From NCBI GenBank assembly GCA_020536535.1, contig JAHLWZ010000508.1, positions 1 through 64,000 of the forward strand: DNA of 64,000 bases. The letters run 5' to 3'. Position numbers and translations under genes: made by a program. Position 1 is the stretch's first letter, and every line of letters begins with the position of its first letter. The DNA is from Pelomyxa schiedti. Its lineage: Eukaryota > Protista > Evosea. The notes below the pieces were generated by a model. The model was not told the origin of the DNA and ran no database searches. It saw only the letters and a program-made list of their open reading frames with translations. Positions 1-10,999 of the stretch are shown here, piece by piece.

Positions 1-412
1 ACGCGCCCCTGGCCAGGGCCACGCCGGCAACAGCGAAAGTGACAAGAACAGACACAGCCGCGGCGGCCAACGCGCTGCCGCCGCAGCCCCCGCCACGCGA
101 CCACCACCAACCAACCACCACCACGACGACTGCTGCGCCGCAAACAACACTGCCACGCGACGGCGGAGAGGCACCACCGCTCGCACTGCGAGGACGAGGA
201 AGTGGCGATGGTAGCGGCGGCGGAGATGTTTGTTGTTGTTGTTGTTGTTGTTGTGGATGAGGATGAGCTGGGCTGGCGGGGTCGTCGGCGGCGGTGCGGG
301 GGTGGTTGGCAGTTGTTGGGGGGGCAGTAGTTGTGGTGGAACTTGTGGGAGAATCATCAGGGGTGGTGGATCTGGTCGTCGGTGGCGACGGGGAGGTAGG
401 TGACGACGACAT
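1..412 (-). CDS. Partial 5' exon of a second copy (paralog or allele) of the FAAL-PKS megasynthase; runs off the window edge
   Basis: Near-identical to 41546-41942 (ATG at 412, MSSSPTSP...). The indels I counted against the other copy are multiples of 3, so the frame is kept. Confidence 0.7.
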   Translation of the reverse strand, partial: MSSSPTSPSPPTTRSTTPDDSPTSSTTTTAPPTTANHPRTAADDPASPAHPHPQQQQQQQQTSPPPLPSPLPRPRSASGGASPPSRGSVVCGAAVVVVVVGWWWSRGGGCGGSALAAAAVSVLVTFAVAGVALARGA

Positions 413-680
413 CGCGTGCGGCTCGTGCATCGCCTCGCGATCTATTTTTGTTCTTCTTCTTGGTTTGTTGTTTCTCTTGTTTTCCGTTCGTTCGAAAGTT
501 TGTTCACAAGAAAAATAGTTGTACTGGCACTGTTCTGCTCACAAGATGTGTGAGGACTTGTAAAGAACCTCAGGTACCGTTCAAACATAAACGTGGCATG
601 ATCCAGTCAGCATTTTTTCCAATCAGCAAACCGAAATCGTCGATTCAACTAACATCGGAATTTGAAACAATCAAGGAGGG

Positions 681-1088
681 ATGAGCGCTACTGGGGCAGT
701 GGACGTAAGCGTCAGCGGATCTGCGTCTGGATCTGGGGGTACCATCGTGGTGTGTGACGTGGACGGCACTTTGACCAAGCCCCGCAACGTACGTGTCCGC
801 CAATTGGGTTTCCCCCGTTCGAGCGAGATTGGGGAGAGTGTGAATGTACGTTTGACCTCGTTATACGCGAAAAAAAACAGGTCGCCACTCCTGAAATGAC
901 TGCTTTTTTGGCGCAAGTGAGGACCCACGCAAAGGTGGCCATTGTGGGTGGATCCGATTTCACTAAGATACAGGAGCAAATGGGGAAAGACAGTAAGTAC
1001 CACTAATTTATCTTGTTAATCTCGGTATATATAATGTATTGAACAGTTTTGAACCGCGTGGATTACTTATTTTCTGAGAATGGTCTCA
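681..1088 (+). CDS. PMM: Phosphomannomutase, partial second copy cut by the assembly gap
   Basis: Exons read MSATG...[15 protein letters not shown] / [35 protein letters not shown] / [14 protein letters not shown], with HAD motif I DxDGT. Confidence 0.9.
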
Positions 1089-1188
1089 NNNNNNNNNNNN
1101 NNNNNNNNNNNNNNNNNNNNNNNNNNNNNNNNNNNNNNNNNNNNNNNNNNNNNNNNNNNNNNNNNNNNNNNNNNNNNNNNNNNNNNNN
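1089..1188. other. Assembly gap (100 N, true size unknown)
   Basis: Run of exactly 100 N. Confidence 1.
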
Positions 1189-4100
1189 AAGCAACTTGGT
1201 GCTCCAGGCCAACCTCAAGCTCCTTCCCCTTCTTCCTCTACTGTCACTCCTCCACCGCAAAGCCGATCGGCTCCTCAGATTTCAGGAGTGGCGTACACAA
1301 TCCTAGACGGTATGTCTATTTTTACTAGTGTAACCAGAACTTACTTCCTTAATGCACACTCTAGAGAACCACCACGTGGTCCACAGTGGAAGTTTAGGTC
1401 AGGTACCACCGAACTCCATCCCTATGATTGAAAGTGCAATTGGAACAACTCCTATCGAAGCATCTGCGGAAGTCCCTCTCCCAGAAAATGGTGGAGACCT
1501 CGATATGGACGCACTAAGTTCAGTCATTAATCTTGTAAGTACTGCTGCAGCAGGTGATCCAGTATCCTCCACTGTTGGGCAATGTTTCTCCGTAATGAAA
1601 GAGCTGCTTCTTTTCGTATGCACTATGTTATCTCCACCAAATGTGATGCTTATGGCACAGGTGCCAGAAGTCGCCACTGAGTTGCGAAAAGACTATGAGT
1701 TGCTTCAGTTATTGTTTAATGTGATGCCTTGCAACTTGATGTTCACTGGCTGCGTGTCTTTAGCAGAGGAGTTACTTGCAGTGAAACCGGGAACTGTCTC
1801 ACTTTCAGACATGGGTATATGCACTAGGAGATAGATTTAATTTGAATTAATGCATTGCCCCAGGAAGTATTATGACAATGATGAGTAATTTTGATGTTCG
1901 TGAACTAAGTTTCTTTTGCAAAGTTCTCACCCATGTTCTCTTTGATCCTGATCGCCTCAAGCCATGTAAACTGTTCCGTTTCTTCTTTCAAACTAAAATA
2001 ACATTGTCCTAGCATCTGCTGATGAGCTTATTGAACAAACTGAATTGCTTGATTTTAAGAAGTCCATGACAATAGACAAAAACCATGGTATCTTTGTTAC
2101 CCTCCTTTGTTAGCATCTCACACAAGCACAGCGCTAGTTCTTGGAGTGCCAGGTCTTTTACACAAATTCGTGCGACTCTTGAAAGCTCAGCATGTTTTCG
2201 TCACAAGTAAGATTATTCACTCTCCTCTCGTTCTAAGAAAACCATTTCAGTGCAAGACCAATCAATGGTCCTTTTAGAAATCATGTTTCTTATTCTGGGA
2301 ACTAAAGGGAAAAATTACTTCAACTGGGGTAAACAATCACTAGAGGTGAATTTAACTTACAGTAAAGCAGACCAATTAGAAAGCTTTTCCAGAAAGGAAA
2401 ACACTGGGAATAATGATGCGTCGCACCCAGGAACTATCGGTGAGGACGATGCCTTCAATGCAATAGGTGCCCTTGGAACACTAATGAACTTTGGGCCGGA
2501 CAATAATGGCTTTATTTCTGACAACCTTTATAAGTATCTACGTCCCGCCTATCTGTTCACTTTGGCGTCTTGCCAGGTTATTTAGAAGTAGGCAACATAA
2601 ATGTAACAACATCCAACTAGGTTGAGTTATTATTCGTATTTAGTTCGCTACTCACTGGCAGGAGAAGATGTGAAGTGCAGGTTTATCCCTTTGGTTTTAT
2701 TTTATTTCGTAATTGTTATAAAGCATCAACTGGCACTCATGGAGTTTATCCCAGCACTCTCAGCATTTTTTGATAGAATCCCCTGGGATGTAAACTGCTC
2801 ACCATCAATGGTTTCTTTCTTTTTTTGTTTTTTTTTTCATCATCTTTCTCAATCCATCAAGGCCGAGCATGGGCCTCATGGTGAAGACTGTGAATGCAAC
2901 CCTGATACAACATTGAAGGTACTTGAAGGAAGGCAATGGTTGGAGATCTAAGAAACTGTTCAGGTCCAATACTTAAGGGTGATTATAGTGTGGTGTGAAC
3001 GAGATAACCCTTGGCGGAATTTATTAATGTCCGATCATGAACTTCTTGGCCTCGACAATGGTACCAAAACACGGAATTAGTGTTATTTTACACCCTTTCT
3101 TAGGCAGAACTCTCTCCGAAATGAAACGTCAGGTGCCTCTCGGAATTTGTTATTCCTCCCAGGGACTGATGTCAAAAATCATCAAGACTTTATATACCCT
3201 CCCTTCTGATTCGTTATACAAGTATTTACATCTTGGTATACTTTATCTTACAAGGTGCAGGTTTTGGATGACATCATGCATTGAAGCCTTCGCACGAAAC
3301 ACTTGCCCTTATATTCAGAGTTGGGTAGCCAAGTCCGGTGTTCTGCAGGTCCTTTTTTTTTATACCTTTGTGAACAATCTGACTTGACCTAGTTCATTGT
3401 TAATGAGCTCTCAACTGAGGGGACTCAGTGGCACCCAAATGTCTTACAGACCGATGTAAGAAAATATATTTTATAAATGTCAAATTCACCATAACAGTTC
3501 GATCTCCTTGGTGAAATAATAAAGTTCAACTTAGAGGTAGGTGCAATATATTTAATGAAATTCCTAATCCTGCAGACACTCCTTGAGCTTGATAAGATTC
3601 TCATGGCAACTAAATTCGACATATTTTACAGTACCTCCCCCAGATCCTCCATTCATTACCAAACCTCTTCTTCTTTCAAGGAGCAGTTGTCAACCACCTT
3701 GTGGACTCCAATGTGTTTGTGCGGTCTGTTTTCCTGACTCTGGGCAATCCATTTTTAATACCTGATTTTACTGAAGTGTGTCCTCTCATCTAGCCTTACA
3801 CTTCTCACTGTCAACCAGTCCAATAGAGAGTTACATGACAGATGCCTTGGCAGTCGGCTTTACACATCCCTTAAGGGTGACCACAATATAATTCTTCAGG
3901 GACTGATGGCGGCTCTTACTTTCAAAGATATCACGCAAGAAAGTGTGTTAAAGCCTTATTTCCCATCCATCTCACCCGTGAGTTCAAGATATTTGTTGCT
4001 TGAACACTACTGTTCTATTCTTCGTGTTTCTTAATGAAAGGCACCAAGTTGAGCCTTTCTTGGAGGTATCCATTGACCTTTCTCTTTCCAAGTTCTCACA

Positions 4101-4351
4101 TCGGCAAAGGAAATTGCCCTTGAAACGAAAGCAAAGTGCACTCTATTTAGGAACTTTTCCAATTTATTGTACTTCTGGAATTCGTATTACACCTCAAGAG
4201 CGTGGGAGAGACACAGTATTTCCTTGTCGTCTAGAATACCGGTATGCTCCATTACAAACATATAAAATACCAACAACGCTTTCAGTTTACGCAGTGGGCA
4301 AATACTCACGCCGTTGTATCTGAAGCAGTGTCTAAATTTTTGCATGAATAG
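1189..4351 (+). CDS. TRPC4AP: TRPC4AP/TRUSS-like protein (CRL4 substrate receptor family); multi-exon, 5' end lost in the gap
   Basis: Spliced segments GPHGEDCECNPDTTLK-VQYLRVI, GLMSKIIKTL, FWMTSCIEAFARNT, FDLLGEIIKFNLE, ITQESV-CLNTTVLFFVF and NLLYFWNSYY follow the order of motifs I recognise in TRPC4AP. Stop TAG at 4349-4351. Confidence 0.75.
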
Positions 4352-4405
4352 AATTTCTCTGAGGGAGGTTTGTCTTTTAACAACGTAATTTCTAGTGACA
4401 GTATT

Positions 4406-5253
4406 TTACAGGCTGGTGTTTGGTTCCCCAATCACTTGCTGGGCCAAATCGGCCAGATATTGCATTGCCTGATAAGAAGCCAAGCTGTTCACATTCACTT
4501 GACTGCCGTTCTTGAGTGTCACCAAGAATTCACTGACAGCTATGGTTTTTGGTTTTTTTTGGGTTAGGCACCTAAAAGAAAGAAAGTTCACAAAATCAAT
4601 AATGAACACCAAACAAAAAGCTTCAGCAATGAAAGGGAGTACCTTTTCCTGTGTTCATTGGTGTCGAGCCACGGTTGATTCCATTAGTTGGTGCACTTCT
4701 CATTTCAGCCTGTTTGAGTTGAAATGATTAAAATGTTAATCAAGCCGATAAAACAATACCAAAAATTTGTAGTACTCCTTCATTTTCATGGACTTGATAG
4801 AGGCCGGTATCTATCTTTGTTTTAGTGTGAATCCGAGAAACAAGGGGACACAAAAAAAAAAAAAATGAAAAGCAGAAACTCAACGTAGAATGGATGAAAT
4901 GGCTAACAGCATAAACAATAAGATAAGGTTACTACACAACTGATGATAGTTCCACAGCCAGCTGTAACCGCCTCTGTGACACCAGCCTATTGGCTTCATT
5001 TTCAATCATAGCACACCTCATTGCAACTGCAACAAACTGAAATAAGCAACTTCCCACAACAACAGTGGTGACACAACAAAACACCTTGTGAATCGTACAT
5101 GGATAACACGTCACTCACCATCGACTCAAATCTCGTCCCCTCGTCATCTTCGTCACCCCCACCCCCCATCCCATAATTCATCGGCATCGGCGGCCCGGGC
5201 GGCAACAACCCATCGTCACCTTCGTTCATTGAAATTTGGGGTGATGATTCCAT
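4406..5253 (-). CDS. Small spliced protein, possibly borealin/Nbl1-like (chromosomal passenger complex)
   Basis: Spliced reading YDSQ-VAMRCAMIENEANRLVSQRRLQLAVELSS-IPASIKSMKMKEYYKF resembles the borealin N-terminal helix pattern (D.EV..R...I...L...EL..LP..IR.M...EY). The start codon is uncertain. Confidence 0.4.
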
Positions 5254-5426
5254 TAATCACTGTGCAAGGAAGGACAGAGCCGTCAACCTTCACTTTTCAT
5301 TCTGAACCAGAAGGGTGAAAAGGATACTGAACAAGCTTTGATTGAGAGCCGACATTCCAAATGTGAAATGCCAAAGTTTGGTTGTTTCATTGGTTTGAGG
5401 GATTCTTGGTGATTGGGGGGGAATGG

Positions 5427-7883
5427 TCACGTATCCAGTGACACCAGCACCTCAATTAGGCCGGCGGATATGAGATCACAGTTGTGCAGGTTTCGTATGA
5501 GGGGGTGCTCGTTCTTGAGATACGCAATCGCAGAGTCCAGTCCCCGACGCACAAAAGCCCGGTCGCTGTATATCGCCGACGTGACTACTAAAACGGCCCC
5601 GGGGTCTGGCTCTGCGGTGGTGGTTATGGGAACCCATCAAGTCAATGTAAAAAATTACCGGAGGTACAATTGGAAGAGTCTGTTTTCACACAGCAAATTT
5701 TATCTGTTGCCAAGCTTAGGGGTTTAATTGATTCATATGGGATGTGTGACTTACCTGAGGATAATTTGTTGAATGCTAAACTAACGAATCCTGGTAAGCC
5801 CTTAAGCACTGGTAACCTTACAAAGTGTTAGGAGTTAATAATTTGGAAGAAAGAGAAACACACCCGTGATTATAAAGCTCAGTCAAACTGTCCATTGAGA
5901 GTTTCACTTGTGATAGCCTTACTGCAAAAGCAAATCCTGCATATAGTAAGACTGGGTATGCAAATTGTGAAATGTTAAACTTTGCACATCGCGAAGCATT
6001 GAAGGCTTCTGGTAAGCAACCATATCACCGGGATAGGGACTTGCTATGGGAGTGGAAGGAATGGATGGCATCGGTGTAGAGGGTGTTTGGGACAGAGATG
6101 CCATGTGGTTTAAGTATGACAAGTTCGGCGATGATGGTGTTTGAGGTGTCAGTGGTGAACGGCACTCAGGGGAGCAAGATGATGACGAGTCTTGTTCAGG
6201 GTGATCTCTTACTGGTTTGGATGTTCCTAATGAAATGAACAATCAAAGCAATGGACAGGGAGAGTTACCGAAGGCATGCCACTTAAGAGTCTCACCAGCT
6301 TTCGATTTACTGGAACCCATACCTCCTTTTAATGTATTAATAAATACATACGGAATTGCTAGGAAAATATACGTACCCCTCTTTCTATTTCGCGCACGTA
6401 ATACAAATGAAGGCGAGCAAACTTTGAAATTGCCCAATGTTACACAAAGATATAAGGATGACTTGAGGTGATCTCTGCACGATATTAGAATATCACTCAA
6501 GTGTGGAAAATAAAATGGACCCACCTAGACGAGGTGCATAGAGACTTCAATGAGAACGTGTAAACTTCCTCTGGCTCGCCGGTATTTGTGGAGAGGACGG
6601 GTTGGCCTTGGGGACTGCCTTTTATCATTATCACCTGCTCTACACTGCAATTCTTGCATTTCGCCAGCGCTTTTGCCGAGTTAAGAACCATAATAGTGGG
6701 TAGGATTTACTTTTATTTGTAGATAATAAACATTCCGCAGCGAGACAGGAGTTGAAAACCATCAAAGTGCTAAACCCTAATCGTTCCCTATGAGAGGACC
6801 GGATAGTGAAAAGCATCTGCAAGTTTGATTAATTTTCGGGAATTTTGGTTTTCGGGATAACAAGATGCATACTGTATGAGAATTCGAGTGCCGGAACAAC
6901 TTGTACTCTGTCAGAGATAATACGGCCGGTTCTGCATCAGAACACAGCTTTGGTGTTGGAGGTACAGAAGACTTCGAGTGAGGATGCCGCTTCTGAATAG
7001 GAGCAAGAGTATTCCCACAATTTGAATCCTCGGGGGACTGTGGTGAGCCACCCCCAATGACAACGCGCGGCTTCTTCTGTCCCGAGTATCCGCCCAAGGA
7101 ACCCAACGAAGGAGATGACAAAGAACCAGGTAGAAGCGGTGTCACCCGGTTGCTGCCGTGATTGCGAGAAAGTGGGGGTGGCATTCCGCCAGAACCAGTT
7201 CCAGTACTATTACTGATGCAATTTCCACAGTGACTGTCACAACCGCTTGACTGCTGGGAGGAATCTACTACGCCGCCGCCGGGGCTCGAACCCGCGCCCC
7301 TTGTGGTGTGTCGTTCCCTCTTTGGCGGGGCGGCCGTGTTTTGGTGGCAACGCTTCGGCGGGTTTGACGAACCGTTGCCGCTGCCGTCGTCGTTGTCCGA
7401 AGCGTTACTGTAATCGGCGTCGTCCTCGTCGTAGGCGTCGTCGCTGCCGCCGCCCCCGCCGCCGTCGGCGATTATGGGCGTGGAGGTCGCGGACGACGAC
7501 GACGACGGGAAGGGGGTGGGCGGGGGCAGCCGCAGGTTATTATGGGACAAGGCCGACAAGGGGGACGAGGCCGGCGGCATGCCCACCACGAGCGGCGACG
7601 CGCACTGCTGCAGCAGCAGGGACCACGGCGAGACGCCACCGAACGACGCAGGGAACGAGAGCAGCGACGACGCGGAGGGGAAGTGCTGCGGCAGCGGCTG
7701 CAAAATCGGAGGCAACGACGACGACGACGTGGACGACGTGGACGAGGAGGAGGAGGACGTGGCGGGGGCGTGAGGTGGCCCCCGCTTCAGGGGGAGCGAC
7801 GCCGATGTGGGCGAGGTGGTGGGGGTCGATGGCTGTGGTTGTTGTGGTTGTGGGGGTTGGGTGGTGCTGTTGCTGGTGGACAT
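5427..7883 (-). CDS. Putative transcription factor: long S/P/D low-complexity N-terminus, Cys-containing beta domain (CudA-like?), small C-terminal alpha/beta domain
   Basis: ORF 6777-7883 plus exons ...CKNCSVEQVIMIKG...YTFSLKSLCTSSR-DHLKSSLYLCVTLGNFKVCSPSFVLRARNRKR (basic NLS-like end), then LPVLKGLPGFVSLAFNKLSS and VVTSAIYSDRAFVRRGLDSAIAYL...LDT*. Confidence 0.45.
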
Positions 7884-8424
7884 TTGTGGGCACAGGGTAA
7901 AGTGTGGGAGTTATTTATAGTTGTGTGTGTGGGTGGTGTTGCAGGGAGTAGGGTGGTTGTTGGTGGTAGCGTTGCCTTTGTCCAACCAAAAAAACGTGGT
8001 TGTTTTGATTTTCCCTTGTTGTTTTCGGCGCTCGTCCATTTCCTAGCGAGGAAGTACGATGGTTCTGGGATCTTTTTTTTGGTGCGAAAGTGATTCAGTT
8101 TCATCCAGCAAACGCATCGGCCGTTGTTTTGTTGTTGGGGGATCACCACCAGGCACAACGGGGAGGGGTGTCATCTGATATCTGTAGTATCCCCTCAATC
8201 TCCCAATCCACGAAAAACGGTGTCAAAACTGAAAAGGCACCAAAACAAGAACGAAAAAACACAAAAATAAAAAAACCAAGCGACAGGTGCCAGGTAGCGA
8301 CCTGCGAAAAATTAACTCCAAAAACCGCCTCCTATAGTAATTGTTAAAACCCACATATTAAGCGGGGCGTATGTTAATTTGTTTTTGCGTTAAATAACAA
8401 ACAATAAAAAATTAGAAACCGAGT

Positions 8425-10831
8425 ATGGCCACAGACGCAACTAAGAGCGGAAAAACTCCTAAACCACGATTCGACGTGGAAGAGGATGGCCAAATTGATC
8501 AGTTTTTGGCTTATTTGAAAGAACAATTGCTAACAAACGACCTCACACTTAAAGGTTCATAGCCAGAAACACAACTCTACCCTGATTCTCACTTTTTATT
8601 TTTTATTACAGTCAATCTTCGTCCCAAGAAGGCATGCGCCAAGAACTGCAGAGTGAAGGGACCAGGTGCTTTGTTACTATGATACTGATATAGCTGGAGC
8701 TAATAATTGTTACCATAGGCTTGGATGGAGGAGAAGTTGATATTCCCGGCCAATTCGACATTGAAGCTCGAGACAATACCGACAAACCTCTGACACATGG
8801 TGACTCGCCATTCGAGGTTGCTGTTATTGCTCCAAGTGGATCCGTTGTTCCCCACAAACTCATTGACAACGGGAACGGCACTTATGCTGTTGCCTATACA
8901 CCAACTGAAGCTGGTTTATACCGGTTGCCTTCACGCAACACTTCTAATTCTATTAAGGTCCTCATTCTGTCGCGGTCAACTTGAATGGAGAGAAAGTTGG
9001 AAAGTCTCCATTTGCCGTTGCAATTGAACCACCAACACCCGATCCCACTAAGAGTGACGTAACGGGTCCAGGCATCGAAAATGCCACAGTAGCTGCACCT
9101 GCACCAGTAATTGTGCGTGCAAGAAATCGCGTCGGTGCTCCACTTAAGGTTTCTTTCTTTGTACTTTCTTCCAGGCTCTAATTTCGGCAGGTTGGCGGAC
9201 ATCCTTTCGTACTAAGTGTATCCGGGCCGCATGGAGATGCGCCAAGCAAACTCATAGATAATGGCGATGGTACTTACTCTGGCGTTTACACACCTCTGGA
9301 CCCCGGCAAGCACAAGGTGGCTGTAACATTAAACGGAACAGATATAGTGAACAGTCCCTCTACAGTAGAAGCAGCTAAATCACCACTTATGCCTGACGCC
9401 AGCAAATGTTTTGTTGTTGGAGATGGTGTTGGCGACAAGGTTATTGGTACTGGGGCAGGACCACAGACAGGCAAGCCAAAAGTACTGGGTCAAGGCCACG
9501 GTGAGGGTGAGGCTCCTACTTCTACAGAGGTCTCTCCTACCTCCACTGCAGCAGCTTCATCGCCAGATGTTGTTGAACCCGCTTCCGCATCATCAAAGGA
9601 CACACCCGCCAGTGATAGGAACAGACGCCAACCAGCCTCTCTTGGGGAGCCATCTCCTCACAAGGACCATGATGGAAGCGGCGGCAAAGCACCCGAATTT
9701 GAAGATCTTCCTCCTCCCCCTGGTGGTATACATGCTCCTGGACCAACAACTGCACGCCCTGCCCTCTTTACTGTGCAAGCTGTTGGACCGAATGGAGAAA
9801 AACTTCCTACTGGAGGAAGCCCATTTGAGGTTAGTTCTTGACTTCTTTTCGAATTCTAATTACTTTTAGGCCGAAGTCCGTGACCCAGACGGTGAGCCCG
9901 TGCCGTGCAACCTTGTTGACAACAATGACGGTACCTACAGTGGACAGTACCAACCCCTCAAGGCGGGACCTCACGGTTGCCATATTAACATTTTTGTTGA
10001 TCAATACTTACAGTTTTTCAGAGGTGGAAGTTGTTCTCAGACATCATGTCCATCCCTTGTTCTTTGAACATGTCAAGAACAGCCCATTTGTTGTGGATGT
10101 ACAAGCTGGTATCGATGCAACCAAGTGTGAGTGCTACGGGCCCGGCTTGGAAGATGGCGTAGTCGACACTGTACGTTTCCATCCAAACCTACCGCAAACT
10201 CATTCCCGATTGTGCAGCTTCCAACCCACTTCACAATCAAAGTAAAGAACATCAAAGGAGAGGACATTGCGGAGACTGGCCTTCCGTTTATTGTCACAGT
10301 AGCTGGGCCTACAGGAACCGGCGATGTACCCTGCACAGTTTCCGACAACGGTGACGGAACTTACCACGTTGCCTATGAGCCCCACGCTGCCGGCGAACAC
10401 ACCGTTCAGGTCTCCCTTAAAGATATTCCCGTCGGAAAGAGCCCATACCATGTGAGTGCCACCGAATTCCAACCTTCTTTATCTAACGGAACCATCAGGT
10501 CCAAGTCAAAAAGGGATGCGACTTCAACACAACATGCATATCCGGATTCACATTCTCCATTGATGCCAAGACCAAGGACGGCCAGCCACTCAAAGTAGGA
10601 GGCGAGGACTTTGTAGTCTCCATTTCCGGCAAGAAGAAGCCTGCATCAGCAGAATCAGCCGCCGCGGAGGAGATAGTACAAGTAGAGGGCATAGAGGTCA
10701 AGGACAACACCGACGGGTCATACCTGGTCTCATACCACCTTCCAGCCGTGGTTGTATCCAGCTATGATGTCAGTGTGATGCTCAATGGACACCACATCCA
10801 AGGCAGCCCTCTCAAGATGGTATTTGAGTAA
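8425..10831 (+). CDS. Filamin/ABP120-type Ig-repeat protein with about 5 repeats and no calponin-homology head
   Basis: Repeated filamin signatures (GPGL/GPGI, DNGNGTYAVAYTP, DNGDGTYSGVYTP, DNNDGTYSGQY, DNGDGTYHVAYEP, DNTDGSYLVSY, SPF). ATG at 8425 precedes the first repeat by only ~45 codons. Confidence 0.85.
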
Positions 10832-10999
10832 CTGCCCTGCCTGCAATTGTATGAGGAAGAAAAAAAAGGGTGTGTGCTTGCTACCACTAGAGTTTAAAAA
10901 AAAACCAGAGAGACAATCCTTTTTTCCAGGAACCAAAAACTTCGACCGAATAAAACGAAAAAAAAGGACCTGAGGTGTTAGTACTCTCAATAAAATTCC

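Larger units (their letters stand above)
1..1088. repeat. ~1.1 kb direct duplicate of 41546-42625 (PKS 5' end, intergenic spacer, PMM 5' end)
   Basis: Alignment by eye: same order and orientation, scattered SNPs and microsatellite indels. PMM intron 2 (gtaagtaccactaattt...gaacag) is identical in both copies. Confidence 0.95.

Noticed and set aside
5318-5327. GTATCCTTTT, a U12-type 5' splice-site match on the minus strand
   Set aside because: There is no convincing U12 branch point, and the implied splice product hits a stop after a few codons.
7247-8093. Several plus-strand Arg/Gly-rich ORFs
   Set aside because: They are antisense or alternate-frame shadows of the GC-rich low-complexity exon of the minus-strand gene.
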